A DNA stretch of 63,984 nt, counting the filler. It is 5 parts of 5 records of this genome, joined end to end, with 100 filler letters (N's around TTAATTAATTAA, not from the genome) between each part and the next. Parts side by side here need not be neighbours in the genome. Positions count along the whole stretch, not along the records: positions 14,585 to 22,621 come from DRR723986_5165; positions 22,722 to 45,794 come from DRR723986_5166; 3 more parts are not named here. One strand, written 5' to 3'. Under the pieces are notes generated by a model. It was not told the DNA's origin. It saw only the letters and a program-made list of their open reading frames with translations, and ran no database searches. Within the stretch, counting starts at the first letter, position 1; each line of letters opens with the position of its first letter. Of the stretch, positions 18,893 through 28,931 are shown in pieces. The translations under genes were made by a program, and so were the position numbers.

Positions 18893-20484
18893 GCGCGTTT
18901 TCAGACCTGTTTCAGGCGCTTGATGCCACCACGAAAACCAGCGCAAAACTGGCCGCACTTTGCCAGTATTTCCAAACCGCCACCCCCGAAGACAGGCTAT
19001 GGTGCATCGCGGTTTTGTCTGGCAGGCGGCCCAAACGGGTGCTTAGCAGCACCTTATTGCGGCGCTGGGCGGCCGAGGCCGCAGGCATCCCCGATTGGTT
19101 GTTCGAAGAGTGCTACGCAAATGTTGGCGATCTGGCCGAAACCATCGCCTTGCTGCTGCCGCCCGCGGCCCAGACCCGGCCGCTTTACCTGGCGCCCACC
19201 ATCGCCGATCTGCGCGCCATGGCCCCGCTGGAGGATGCGGCGCGCAAGGCCCATGTTTTGGCGCAATGGGCGCAGCTAGACACCACCGGGCGGCTGGTGT
19301 TCAACAAGCTGCTGACAGGTGGCTTTCGCATGGGGGTCAGCCAAAAACTGATGACGCGCGCCCTGGCCCAGGCCACAGGCCAGCCCCAGCCCGATCTGGC
19401 CCACCGCCTGATGGGCAATTGGCACCCAGATACCAGCGATTGGCACAGCCTGATTATGGCCCAAAACCCCACCGCCGACAGCTCGCGCCCCTATCCGTTT
19501 TGCCTGGCCCATGGGCTAGATGGCCCCCCCCAGGATCTGGGCGATGCGCGCGATTGGCGCGCCGAATGGAAATGGGATGGCATCCGAGCACAGCTGTTGT
19601 TGCGAGATGGCCAGGTGTTTTTGTGGTCGCGCGGCGAAGAATTGATCACCGACCGCTTTCCCGAATTTGCGGGCCTCTCGATTGCGGGCGGCAATACCGT
19701 GTTGGATGGGGAATTGGTGGTTTGGGGCAGCGATGGCCTGCCCCAGCCCTTTAAGGCGCTGCAAAAAAGAATAGGGCGCAAAACCGTGCCAAAGACGCTG
19801 CTGGCCAGCGCACCGGCACGGCTGTTGGCCTATGATTGCCTTGAATTTGGCGGGCACGATCTGCGCGCCCTGCCCCTGGCCCAGCGCTGCGAGCATTTGC
19901 AACATGCCTTAGACCAGCTGCCAAACCCCGGCCCGGTGCTGCCACCGCCTGCTGTGGCAGGCGCACACACATGGGATAACTGGGCCCGCACACGCCAATC
20001 TGCGCGCGCCCAGCGCGCCGAGGGGCTGATGCTGAAACGCCTCAGCGCGCCTTATCATGCCGGGCGCATCAGGGGTGATTGGTGGAAATGGAAACTGGAT
20101 CCGTTAAGCATTGATGCGGTCATGATCTATGCCCAGGCAGGCCATGGGCGACGCGCCACGCTTTATACCGATTTTACCTTTGCGGTCTGGGATGGTCCCA
20201 CGCTGGTGCCCTTTGCCAAGGCCTATTCGGGCCTGACCGATGCCGAATTTCGCCAAATTACCGGCTGGGTGCGCAAGAACACCCAGCAAAGGTTTGGCCC
20301 CGTGCGCCAGGTGGTGCCCGAGCTGGTGTTTGAAATTGCCTTCGAGGGCATTCAGCCCAGCCCGCGCCACAAATCAGGCGTGGCGCTGCGGTTTCCGCGC
20401 ATGGCCCGCTGGCGCCAGGATAAAACCGCAGCCCAAGCCGATACGCTGGCGCATTTAAACGCGCTTTTGGCGCAGTATGGTTAA
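18889..20484 (+). CDS. ATP-dependent DNA ligase
   Basis: Adenylation motif EWKWDGIR, LDGEL, EGLMLKR, WWKWK and OB-domain ALRFPR. Confidence 0.93.
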   Translation: MSAFSDLFQALDATTKTSAKLAALCQYFQTATPEDRLWCIAVLSGRRPKRVLSSTLLRRWAAEAAGIPDWLFEECYANVGDLAETIALLLPPAAQTRPLYLAPTIADLRAMAPLEDAARKAHVLAQWAQLDTTGRLVFNKLLTGGFRMGVSQKLMTRALAQATGQPQPDLAHRLMGNWHPDTSDWHSLIMAQNPTADSSRPYPFCLAHGLDGPPQDLGDARDWRAEWKWDGIRAQLLLRDGQVFLWSRGEELITDRFPEFAGLSIAGGNTVLDGELVVWGSDGLPQPFKALQKRIGRKTVPKTLLASAPARLLAYDCLEFGGHDLRALPLAQRCEHLQHALDQLPNPGPVLPPPAVAGAHTWDNWARTRQSARAQRAEGLMLKRLSAPYHAGRIRGDWWKWKLDPLSIDAVMIYAQAGHGRRATLYTDFTFAVWDGPTLVPFAKAYSGLTDAEFRQITGWVRKNTQQRFGPVRQVVPELVFEIAFEGIQPSPRHKSGVALRFPRMARWRQDKTAAQADTLAHLNALLAQYG

Positions 20485-20556
20485 ACACCACCCGGGCTTG
20501 AGCCTGCCGCCCGCCCACCATATGTGTGGACAAACAGCATAAAAAGGATACCGCCC

Positions 20557-22377
20557 ATGATGCCCCTGCCCTTTCCCGTCCGCGACGCCAATACCAGCCA
20601 TGGCAGCGAAAATCTGGGCCAGCTGCCAGAATGGGATCTCAGCGATCTTTATGCCGGCGAAGAGGCGCCGGAACTGGCCCGCGATCTGGACTGGCTCGAG
20701 GCGGAATGCGCCGCTTTTGCCGCCGATTACGAGGGCAAGCTGGCCAGTCTTGATGCGCAAGCGCTGCTGCGCTGCGTGCATCGCAACGAGCGTATCTCGG
20801 CGATTGCCGGGCGCATCATGTCTTTTGCGGGCCTGCGCTATTACCAAATGACGATCGATGCCGGGCGCACCAAATTCATGTCGGATGCGCAGGAAAAAAT
20901 CACCCGCTTTACCACGCCTTTGGTGTTTTTCACGCTCGAGCTGAACCGCCTGGACGAGGCGCATTTGCAGGGCTTGCTGGCCGCCAATGCCGATTTGGCG
21001 CGCTACGCCCCGGTTTTTGATCGCATCCGCGCGATGAAGCCGCACCAGCTGTCGGATGAAATGGAAAAGTTCCTGCACGATCTGGGCGTTGTGGGCGACG
21101 CATGGGAGCGGCTTTTCGATGAAACAATCGCGGGCCTTGGTTTCGAGGTGGATGGCGAGGCGCTGAATATCGAGGGCACCCTAAACCTGTTGACCGACCA
21201 CGACCGCAGCCGCCGCGAGGCGGCCGCGCGCGAATTGGCGCGGGTGTTTGATGCCAATATCAAAACATTTGCCCGCGTGCATAACACCCAAGCCAAGGAA
21301 AAAGAGGTGCTGGACCGTTGGCGCAAAATGCCCAGCGCGCAAACCGCGCGGCATTTGTCCAACCATGTCGAACCCGAGGTGGTGCAGGCCCTTCGCGATG
21401 CTGTGGTTGGGGCCTACCCGCGCCTCAGCCACCGCTATTACGAGCTAAAGCGCAAATGGCTGGGCCTGGATCGCATGCAGGTCTGGGACCGTAACGCGCC
21501 GCTGCCGATGGAAAGCAAGAAAACAATCTCGTGGGATCAGGCCCGCCAATTGGTCACCGAGGCCTATGCCGGCTTTGATCCGCGCATGGCAGAATTGGCC
21601 GAACCTTTCTTTACCCAAGGCTGGATCGATGCCGCGGTCAAGCCGGGCAAGGCACCGGGCGCCTTTGCCCACCCCACAGTCACCGATGTGCACCCCTATG
21701 TGATGCTGAACTACCTGGGCAAACCCCGCGATGTGATGACCTTGGCGCATGAATTGGGCCATGGCGTGCACCAGCGCCTGGCCGCAGCGCAGGGCGAAAT
21801 GCTGTCGTCTACCCCGCTGACATTGGCCGAAACCGCCAGCGTTTTTGGCGAAATGCTGACATTCCGCAAAATGCTGGAAACCGCCGCCAGCCCGGCCGAG
21901 CGCAAGGTGATGCTGGCGGGCAAGGTCGAGGATATGATCAACACGGTCGTGCGCCAGATTGCCTTTTACGACTTTGAATGCAAATTACACGCCGCCCGCC
22001 GCGAGGGTGAATTAACCCCCGAAGACATCGGCGCGCTGTGGATGAGCGTGCAGGGCGAAAGCCTGGGCCCGGCGTTTGATTTCATGGAAGGGTATGAAAC
22101 CTTTTGGGCCTATATCCCGCATTTCGTGCATTCGCCCTTTTATGTCTATGCCTATGCCTTTGGCGATGGGCTGGTGAATGCGCTTTATGCCGCCTACCAA
22201 GAACAGCCCGAGGGCTTTCAAGATAAATATTTCGACATGCTGAAAGCGGGCGGTGCGAAACACCACAAAGAGCTGCTGGCGCCCTTTGGGCTGGATGCGT
22301 CTGACCCCAAATTTTGGGACAAGGGCCTGTCGATGATCGAAGGTTTCATCGACGAGCTTGAGGCGCTCGAGGGCTAA
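20557..22377 (+). CDS. pepF: Oligoendopeptidase F (M3 family)
   Basis: Zinc motif HELGH, AETASVFGE and PHFVHSPFYVYAY; RBS AAGGA before ATG 20557. Confidence 0.92.
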   Translation: MMPLPFPVRDANTSHGSENLGQLPEWDLSDLYAGEEAPELARDLDWLEAECAAFAADYEGKLASLDAQALLRCVHRNERISAIAGRIMSFAGLRYYQMTIDAGRTKFMSDAQEKITRFTTPLVFFTLELNRLDEAHLQGLLAANADLARYAPVFDRIRAMKPHQLSDEMEKFLHDLGVVGDAWERLFDETIAGLGFEVDGEALNIEGTLNLLTDHDRSRREAAARELARVFDANIKTFARVHNTQAKEKEVLDRWRKMPSAQTARHLSNHVEPEVVQALRDAVVGAYPRLSHRYYELKRKWLGLDRMQVWDRNAPLPMESKKTISWDQARQLVTEAYAGFDPRMAELAEPFFTQGWIDAAVKPGKAPGAFAHPTVTDVHPYVMLNYLGKPRDVMTLAHELGHGVHQRLAAAQGEMLSSTPLTLAETASVFGEMLTFRKMLETAASPAERKVMLAGKVEDMINTVVRQIAFYDFECKLHAARREGELTPEDIGALWMSVQGESLGPAFDFMEGYETFWAYIPHFVHSPFYVYAYAFGDGLVNALYAAYQEQPEGFQDKYFDMLKAGGAKHHKELLAPFGLDASDPKFWDKGLSMIEGFIDELEALEG

Positions 22378-22411
22378 GGCCCGCCGATCGGCCAAAATGG
22401 CACAAAATCAC

Positions 22412-22449
22412 AGGGGCATCCGAATTCCACCGGGTGCCCCTTGTTTTTT
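22412..22449 (+). terminator. Intrinsic terminator after pepF
   Basis: AGGGGCATCCG..CGGGTGCCCCT stem followed by TGTTTTTT. Confidence 0.75.
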
Positions 22450-22598
22450 CCTGCCAAAGCGCGCATATGGGCTAGGCATACGTTTTTCTATTTCGACCTA
22501 CTGTCTTCCGTTGATCCGGCGTTCAGTCCCTCGATCCAGACCGACTAACGCCAAGTTGCCGCATTCTGCGGGCAGCATTTCAATAGGAGATTACGGAT

Positions 22599-22621
22599 AT
22601 GGCCACTGGCACCGTAAAATG
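22599..22621 (+). CDS. cspA: Cold-shock protein (CspA family), first codons only
   Basis: ATG GCC ACT GGC ACC GTA AAA TG = MATGTVK(W), with an AGGAG RBS; cut by the contig end and absent from the ORF track. Confidence 0.8.
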
Positions 22622-22721
22622 NNNNNNNNNNNNNNNNNNNNNNNNNNNNNNNNNNNNNNNNNNNNTTAATTAATTAANNNNNNNNNNNNNNNNNNNNNNN
22701 NNNNNNNNNNNNNNNNNNNNN
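22622..22721. other. Artificial contig spacer
   Basis: N44-TTAATTAATTAA-N44. Confidence 0.99.
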
Positions 22722-22814
22722 GAAAAGTCTGACCCGCGCAGTCGCGGCGGGCGGGTGCGTGCGCACCTCGCTATTTTTGGTGCGACGCCTCCTCCTGACA
22801 CGTCGCACCGTCAC

Positions 22815-22843
22815 CCTAACCTCTGGTATACTAGTATTGTCAA
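22815..22843 (-). promoter_or_regulatory. Leftward sigma70-like promoter containing a GntR-type operator
   Basis: Minus strand TTGACA-N17-TAGGGT, with the near-palindrome CTAGTATACCAG (22823-22834) in the spacer; the target gene lies off the contig. Confidence 0.55.
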
Positions 22844-23113
22844 TGTAAATCTATGGCGCCGGCCATCGGATCGAGGGGCGCGCGTCTTGCAACGCCTCTG
22901 CCCTTGCCTGACACCACGGAATGCCGTCGAAAGATCCGCAGCGGAACAGGATCGCTATCGGTGCGGCGGGTCGAAATCCGGGGCTTTGAACGCCCCCTTG
23001 CCGGGACCGCCGGGCGGTCCCGCAACACGCGTCCGAGCGGCCGTCGCCGAGAGTCGGGAACCGTCCAGGGCGCGGATATGGAGGACGCCGTTCCTGCCGC
23101 CGCGTGGCGCGGT

Positions 23114-23806
23114 TCAGCGCTCTTCCGGCTCGAAGTAATTGGCGTTCATCGTCGAAATGCGTTCGATCGTCTCGTCCAGCCGCGACAGGTGCATCGCAAC
23201 GGCGGCGACCGCGCGCTCGGGTTCATGCGCCTTGACGGCCTCGGCGATGGTGCGGTGATCGTCCACCAGTTCCGGCAGACGCGAGTCCTGTTTCATCCCG
23301 AGGACACACAGCCGGTCGACCTTGGACTTTTCGGCCATGACCACGTCGAAGGCGAACTCGACCTCCGCGATCTCGCACAGCGTCTTGTGGAACGCGTAGT
23401 CCAACGTGCGAAAGCTGTCATAATCGCCGGCTGCGGCGACGGCGTCCTGCTGGATCAGCGAGGCCTCGAGCCGCGCCGCGCCAAGGCTGTCGCAGCGATC
23501 GGCGGCGCGACGCACCACCTCTTTCTCGACAGAGGCCCGCACGAACCGGGATTTCGCGATCTCGCGCATGGAGAAGCGTTTCACCTCGGTGGCCCGCTGC
23601 GGCCGGATCAGCAGCAGATCGAGGTTCGCCAGACGGTTGAAGGCGTCGCGCACGGGCTGGCGGGACACGCCGAAACGGGCCGCGACATCAGCCTCGGAGA
23701 TCTTGTCGCCGGGGCGAAGCTTCAGATCGCTGATCTCCGCGTAGAGAAAATCGAATATGTCGTCGACGCTTGTCCGCCGCTCACTTGTCTGGACCGCCTG
23801 AGCCAT
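23114..23806 (-). CDS. GntR (FadR subfamily) regulator
   Basis: wHTH ARFGVSRQPVRDAF plus FCD domain. Confidence 0.92.
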   Translation of the reverse strand: MAQAVQTSERRTSVDDIFDFLYAEISDLKLRPGDKISEADVAARFGVSRQPVRDAFNRLANLDLLLIRPQRATEVKRFSMREIAKSRFVRASVEKEVVRRAADRCDSLGAARLEASLIQQDAVAAAGDYDSFRTLDYAFHKTLCEIAEVEFAFDVVMAEKSKVDRLCVLGMKQDSRLPELVDDHRTIAEAVKAHEPERAVAAVAMHLSRLDETIERISTMNANYFEPEER

Positions 23807-23922
23807 CGGTTGTCTTCTCCTGCACCGCCGCGAACCACCGTGTTTCTGGTAATTGCGCCGTTCTCTGGGGCGCGCCAGTGTTCATAGCACAGGGTGCGAC
23901 CAATTTTCCATTCCTCTTTCGA

Positions 23923-23934
23923 CTAGTATCCCAG
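23923..23934 (+). promoter_or_regulatory. Second copy of the GntR-type operator
   Basis: CTAGTATCCCAG, 11/12 identical to the site at 22823-22834, between gntR and kdgF. Confidence 0.55.
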
Positions 23935-23998
23935 ATCGGTTGCCCCTATACCGGCCCGCGCGGCGCCCGCAGCTGACACCGCGCAGGAGGTCGAACAC

Positions 23999-24331
23999 AT
24001 GTCGGTCAAGAATTACTTCCCCGCCACGGAAAACATCCTCTTCGACGCAGGGGGCGGCCTGACCCGCGCGGTCGGCGCCCACGCCGACAACGCCATGATC
24101 GTCGAGGTCCGTTTCGAGACCGGGGCCGTCGCGGCGCGGCATCATCACCCGCACGAACAGATCACCTACGTCATTTCGGGGCGGTTCGAGTTTACCGTGG
24201 GGGACGAGGCCTACATCGTCGGACCCGGGGACTCGCTGTACAAACAGCCCAACGTCGAACACGGCGCGACCTGCCTCGAGGCGGGGGTGCTTCTGGATGT
24301 CTTCACGCCGAGACGCGACGACTTCCTCTGA
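23999..24331 (+). CDS. kdgF: Cupin protein, KdgF-like (ring-opening of unsaturated uronates)
   Basis: 110 aa; HHHPHEQITYVISG, VEHG and C-terminal DVFTPRRDDFL typical of KdgF; AGGAGG RBS. Confidence 0.75.
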   Translation: MSVKNYFPATENILFDAGGGLTRAVGAHADNAMIVEVRFETGAVAARHHHPHEQITYVISGRFEFTVGDEAYIVGPGDSLYKQPNVEHGATCLEAGVLLDVFTPRRDDFL

Positions 24332-24365
24332 CCCATCACACAAACGGAATACGGGAGAACACCGG

Positions 24366-25268
24366 ATGAGCAAACCTGTCATCGGTTTCATCGGCCTTGG
24401 CCTCATGGGCGGCAACATGGTCGAAAACCTTCAGAAGAAGGGCTTCGAACTGGTCGTCATGGACCTGAACACGGATGCGGTGAAGACGGTCCTCGCGCGG
24501 GGCAACGCGCGTGAAGCGGCCTCGCCCAAGGATCTCGCCGCGGCGTGCGACATCGTCATGCTGTGCCTCACGACCTCGGAGGTCGTCGAAAAGGTCGTTT
24601 ATGGCGACGATGGCATCCTTGCCGGCATCCGGGAGGGCGCGGTCCTGATCGACTTCGGCACCTCGATCCCCGCCTCGACCCGCAAGATCGGCGCCGATCT
24701 TGCCGCCAAGGGCGCGGGCATGATCGACGCGCCGCTGGGCCGGACCCCCGCCCATGCCACCGACGGTCTGCTGAATATCATGGCCGCGGGCGACAGGGCG
24801 ACCTTCGACAAGGTCAGGCCAGTGCTCGAAGAGCAGGGCGAGAACGTCTTCTACCTTGGCGCGCTCGGCGCCGGGCATACCACCAAGCTCATCAACAACT
24901 TCATGGGCATGACCACGGTCTGCGCCATGAGCCAGGCCTTTGCCGTGGCGGAACGCGCCGGTGTCGATCGCCAGCAGCTGTACGACATCATGTCCACGGG
25001 CCCGTCGAACTCGCCCTTCATGGGCTTTTGCAAGAACTACGCCGTGGATGGGGTCAGCGACCTCGGCTTCTCGATCAACAACGCCAACAAGGACCTCGGC
25101 TACTTCCTGAGGATGGCCGAAGACCTCGGCACGCGGGCCGAGATCGCCGAAGGCACCTCGCATAACCTTGCCGCGGCCGTCGAGGCCGGACTGGGCGCGG
25201 GCAACGTGCCGGAAATCTTCGACTACTTCCTGACACTGGGCAGCGAAGGCGCAGCCGCAAAACGCTGA
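24366..25268 (+). CDS. Beta-hydroxyacid dehydrogenase (3-hydroxyisobutyrate/tartronate semialdehyde reductase family)
   Basis: GFIGLGLMG, DAPLGR and catalytic KLINN. Confidence 0.85.
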   Translation: MSKPVIGFIGLGLMGGNMVENLQKKGFELVVMDLNTDAVKTVLARGNAREAASPKDLAAACDIVMLCLTTSEVVEKVVYGDDGILAGIREGAVLIDFGTSIPASTRKIGADLAAKGAGMIDAPLGRTPAHATDGLLNIMAAGDRATFDKVRPVLEEQGENVFYLGALGAGHTTKLINNFMGMTTVCAMSQAFAVAERAGVDRQQLYDIMSTGPSNSPFMGFCKNYAVDGVSDLGFSINNANKDLGYFLRMAEDLGTRAEIAEGTSHNLAAAVEAGLGAGNVPEIFDYFLTLGSEGAAAKR

Positions 25269-25407
25269 GGCGTTCCCCGAGGGCTGAAGCGCCGGCACCG
25301 GGCATTCTTGCGGCGCGGGTGCGGATCGCGGCGCACCCAAGGCAGAAAGGCCCGCGCGCACATTCCTGCGCGCGCGGGTTGCGGAGCGGCGGTCAGGCCC
25401 AGGGCCG

Positions 25408-26313
25408 TCAGCGCCGCCCTTCGATCAGCGTGCGCATCATCTCGCGTTCCGCCTCGTCGAGATCGGTGAGCGGCGCGCGCACCGGGCCGGTCTCGAAGCC
25501 GCGCAGCGACACGCCCGCCTTGACGGCCGAGACCGCGTAGCCGGGCTGACGGTCGCGGATCTTCGCGAAGGGGTAGTAGAAATCCTTCAGCATCTGCTCG
25601 CACTTGGCATCGTCGCCGGCAAGGAAGGCGGCGTGGAACTCCAGCGCGGTTTCCGGCACGAAGTTGAAGACCGCCGAGGAATAGGTCGGCATCCCTGCCC
25701 CGCGATAGGCTTGCGCGAAAAGCTCGTGCGTGGGCATGCCGCCGATGTAGGACAGCCGGTCGCCCAACGTCGCCGTGACCCGGCGCACGGTGTCGATGTC
25801 GCCGGTGCCATCCTTGAAGCCGATCAGGTTCGGGCATTCGTCCGCAAGCTGTTCAAGCGTTTCCGCCGAGACGCGGGACTGGCCGCGGTTGTAGACGATG
25901 ACCGCCATGCGGGTCGCGTTGCAGACCGCGCGGATACGGTTGGCGACGCCCTCCTGCGGGCCCTCGGTCAGGTAATGCGGCAGCAGCAGGATGCCGTCAC
26001 CGCCCGCGGCCTCGATCGACCGCGCCAGATCGCAGGCCATCCGCACGCCATAGCCACAGCCGGCGATGACCGGCGCGTCACCCGCCACGCTGCGGGCGAC
26101 CTTGACGACCTCGACGATCTCTTCGGGGGTGAGAGAGAACATCTCGCCGGTGCCGCCCGCCACGATCAGGCCGGCGACCTTGTGCGGCTTCAGCCACTCG
26201 AGGTGGGCCTGAAACGGCTTCGGGGCAAAGCGGTCCTCTGCGTCGAAGGGGGTGACCGGAAAGGACAGAAGGCCGTGGCGAATGATCTCGCGCAGCTCGG
26301 TCGGTGCAATCAT
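25408..26313 (-). CDS. kdgD: 5-dehydro-4-deoxyglucarate dehydratase (DHDPS family)
   Basis: GLLSFPVTPF, AGGTGE, GFKDG, YIGGMPT, YSSAVFNF and GYAVSAVKAG; start at ATG 26313 with GAGGAG RBS. Confidence 0.9.
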   Translation of the reverse strand: MIAPTELREIIRHGLLSFPVTPFDAEDRFAPKPFQAHLEWLKPHKVAGLIVAGGTGEMFSLTPEEIVEVVKVARSVAGDAPVIAGCGYGVRMACDLARSIEAAGGDGILLLPHYLTEGPQEGVANRIRAVCNATRMAVIVYNRGQSRVSAETLEQLADECPNLIGFKDGTGDIDTVRRVTATLGDRLSYIGGMPTHELFAQAYRGAGMPTYSSAVFNFVPETALEFHAAFLAGDDAKCEQMLKDFYYPFAKIRDRQPGYAVSAVKAGVSLRGFETGPVRAPLTDLDEAEREMMRTLIEGRR

Positions 26314-26555
26314 CGGGTGGTTCTCCTCAGGTGTATCTCTGGTTCGGCGCGCGGGCCGGGGCATTCTGTCGTCTGGCGCGGGGGGCCATCCATGCGGCAA
26401 GATCCGGTGCACTCCGTCCCCCTGCTCGCCATGGCGAGCGGAAAGGCGGGGCGGTCAGACTGTTATGCACTAATATTTTAGTTCGCCGGACTGGTCAAGA
26501 TACTGTAGAGTTGGGATAGGGGCGCCCCGGCGGCGCGACGAAAGAGGAACCGGCC

Positions 26556-27269
26556 ATGGACATGATGATGCAAGCTGCGCTGGACCTCGTCCGCACCGAT
26601 CCTGCCGCCGGGCGACCGACCGCTGCGGGCCGGATCTATGACAAGCTGCGGCAGCGGATCCTGTCGCTGGACCTGCCCCCGGGCACCGCGCTTCTGCGGG
26701 CCGAACTGGCGAAGGAATACGATGTCAGCCAGACTCCGCTGCGCGACGCACTGCAACGGCTGGATCAGGACGGGCTCATCCACATCTACCCGCAGTCCCG
26801 AACGGTGGTCACGCGAATCAGTCTCGAGCGGACCGCCTCGGCGATGTTCCTGCGCAACGCGCTGGAATCGGAGGTCGCCGGCGCGCTGGCGGACAAGCCC
26901 GAGCCGGTGCTGATCGCGCGCCTCAAGGGCGTCATCGAGATGCAGCGCGCCATCGCCCCGGACACAGGCCAGCTGCGCTACTTTCAGGAACTGGACGAAT
27001 ACTTTCACTTCATCATGTTCCAGGGCGTCGGGCAGCTCGATCTGCATGGGCTGCTGCGCTCGCGGACGGCGGATATGGACCGTGTCCGGCGGCTTCAGAC
27101 CCATTCCGCGGACCGTCTCAACACCATCGTCGCCGGGCATGAGGCCATCGTCGCCGCCATCGCGGCAGGCGACCCGCAGGGCGCGCGCGACGCCCTGCGC
27201 GCCCATCTTTACAAACCCGGGGACTGGGCCGACGAATATCGCGCCCAATACCCGGATTACTTCGCCTGA
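26556..27269 (+). CDS. GntR (FadR subfamily) regulator
   Basis: wHTH YDVSQTPLRDAL plus FCD domain; divergent from kdgD. Confidence 0.9.
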   Translation: MDMMMQAALDLVRTDPAAGRPTAAGRIYDKLRQRILSLDLPPGTALLRAELAKEYDVSQTPLRDALQRLDQDGLIHIYPQSRTVVTRISLERTASAMFLRNALESEVAGALADKPEPVLIARLKGVIEMQRAIAPDTGQLRYFQELDEYFHFIMFQGVGQLDLHGLLRSRTADMDRVRRLQTHSADRLNTIVAGHEAIVAAIAAGDPQGARDALRAHLYKPGDWADEYRAQYPDYFA

Positions 27270-27277
27270 ACGCGCGA

Positions 27278-27607
27278 TCAGCCCCGCGCGGGCGGGGTGA
27301 AGAACGGAACCGGCTGCAGCAGCGTATTGACCTGCGACACGAGATACCCGGCCTCGGCGCTCTTCTTCAGATAGTCCTGCCACGCCGGGTCCGCCTTCAG
27401 GGCATTGCGGCGCGCGGCGCGGTCTGCGGCATTCTCGTAAACCCAGATATGCACGTAGGAATTCACGTCCCCGGTCTCGACCGCGCCATAGACGGCGGGC
27501 TCGCCCAGATGCCGGCGCTGGATCTCCCAGCCGTGCTCTCCGTACAGCTTGAGATGCTTCTGGATCGTGCCCGGCCGGCAGGTGTAGGTCCGGTGGTCGT
27601 ATAGCAT
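27278..27607 (-). CDS. NIPSNAP-family protein
   Basis: MLYDHRTYTCRPG, YVHIWVYENAADR..R..LKADPAW pattern. Confidence 0.85.
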   Translation of the reverse strand: MLYDHRTYTCRPGTIQKHLKLYGEHGWEIQRRHLGEPAVYGAVETGDVNSYVHIWVYENAADRAARRNALKADPAWQDYLKKSAEAGYLVSQVNTLLQPVPFFTPPARG

Positions 27608-27854
27608 GGTCTTTCCCTTCGCGTTGCAGGGCCCTTCGACGCTGGTGCAGGACAATCTGCAAAACTGCTTGCCAGCTTTCGGGCTTCACATATAGTAATG
27701 TATCAGTTGCCGGGCCTGCAAGTGTCCGCAACCTGTCGGCGCCTTCGGCGCGCGACACGCAGCGAGACGACGCGTGCGGGCGACCCCCGCCGGCCGCGCC
27801 ACGCAGAACGACGAACGGAGCCCCGACGCGGGCGCCACCTCTGGAGGAGACACC

Positions 27855-28829
27855 ATGAACACCCGCAAGATCCTTGGCACGCTTGCCATGCTCACCACGG
27901 CCGCGGCCCCCCTCGCCGCGCTGGCCGAATACCCCGAGCGCGATGTGCGCATGGTCGTGCCGTGGGGTGCCGGCGGCGGCACCGACGGCATCGTCCGCAA
28001 GATCACCTCGATCGCCGAAGAGGATTTCGGCGGCACCATCTACGTCGAGAACATCGAGGGCGGCGTCTCTGCCACCGGCGTCGGTCAGGTCATGAGCGCG
28101 AAGGCCGATGGCTACACGCTGGGCGCGCTGACCTATGACAGCGTCGTCACCGTGCCGTGGCAGGGCATGCTGCCCAGCTACAAGATGGAGAAGCTCGACC
28201 TGATCGCGCGCATCACCTCCGAGGCCGATGCCATCATCGTCGACGCGGATGCGCCCTACCAGACCCTGACGGAGCTGGTCGAGGCCGCCAAGGCCGACCC
28301 GGGCCAGATCCGCATCGGCATCCAGAACATGGGCGGCCGCGTCCACCTGACCCTGCTGCAATTGCAGAAGATGACCGGCGCCGAGTTCAAGATCGTGTCC
28401 TATCCCGGTGGCGCCGCTCCGCAGAAAGAGGCGCTGCTCTCCGACGAGGTGGATGTCGTCCTGACCTCGCTGGGCGATTTCGCCAACCTGCTCGAGGATG
28501 GCACCGCGCGCGGCCTCGTGGAGTTCGCCGATACCCGGAACCCGACCTACGACGTGGCGACTGCGCAGGAAGAAGGCATCGACCTGCTGAACGGCTCGTT
28601 CATCGTCTTCGCCGCTCCGGCGGGCACGCCCGAGGATGTGGTGGCCAAGATCGAGACCGCCTATCAGGCCGCTTATGACAGCGACGAGTTCCAGGAGTGG
28701 CTGGGCAAGATCGGCGTGACCCCCAACTGGCTGGCCGGCGAAGAGCTGGACGCATGGGCAGAGACCACCGCCGAGGGGCTGTTCACCGAGATGGACGCGC
28801 TCGTCGAGGCCGGTGTCCTAAACAAGTAA
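27855..28829 (+). CDS. tctC: Tripartite tricarboxylate transporter substrate-binding protein (TctC/Bug)
   Basis: Signal peptide, YPERDVRMVVPWGAGGGTD and YPGGA; GGAGG RBS. Confidence 0.9.
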   Translation: MNTRKILGTLAMLTTAAAPLAALAEYPERDVRMVVPWGAGGGTDGIVRKITSIAEEDFGGTIYVENIEGGVSATGVGQVMSAKADGYTLGALTYDSVVTVPWQGMLPSYKMEKLDLIARITSEADAIIVDADAPYQTLTELVEAAKADPGQIRIGIQNMGGRVHLTLLQLQKMTGAEFKIVSYPGGAAPQKEALLSDEVDVVLTSLGDFANLLEDGTARGLVEFADTRNPTYDVATAQEEGIDLLNGSFIVFAAPAGTPEDVVAKIETAYQAAYDSDEFQEWLGKIGVTPNWLAGEELDAWAETTAEGLFTEMDALVEAGVLNK

Positions 28830-28876
28830 GGCCCCCGCGGCCCATCGTCCGGGCCCCGGCCCGGGCATCCACGACA

Positions 28877-28910
28877 GGCGGCACCGGGGCACCCTGCCCC
28901 CGGTGCCGCC
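28877..28910 (+). other. GC-rich 13-bp stem-loop between tctC and tctB (possible mRNA stabiliser)
   Basis: GGCGGCACCGGGG..CCCCGGTGCCGCC perfect stem with no U-tract. Confidence 0.5.
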
Positions 28911-28931
28911 CCTGCTTCACAAGGAACCCCC

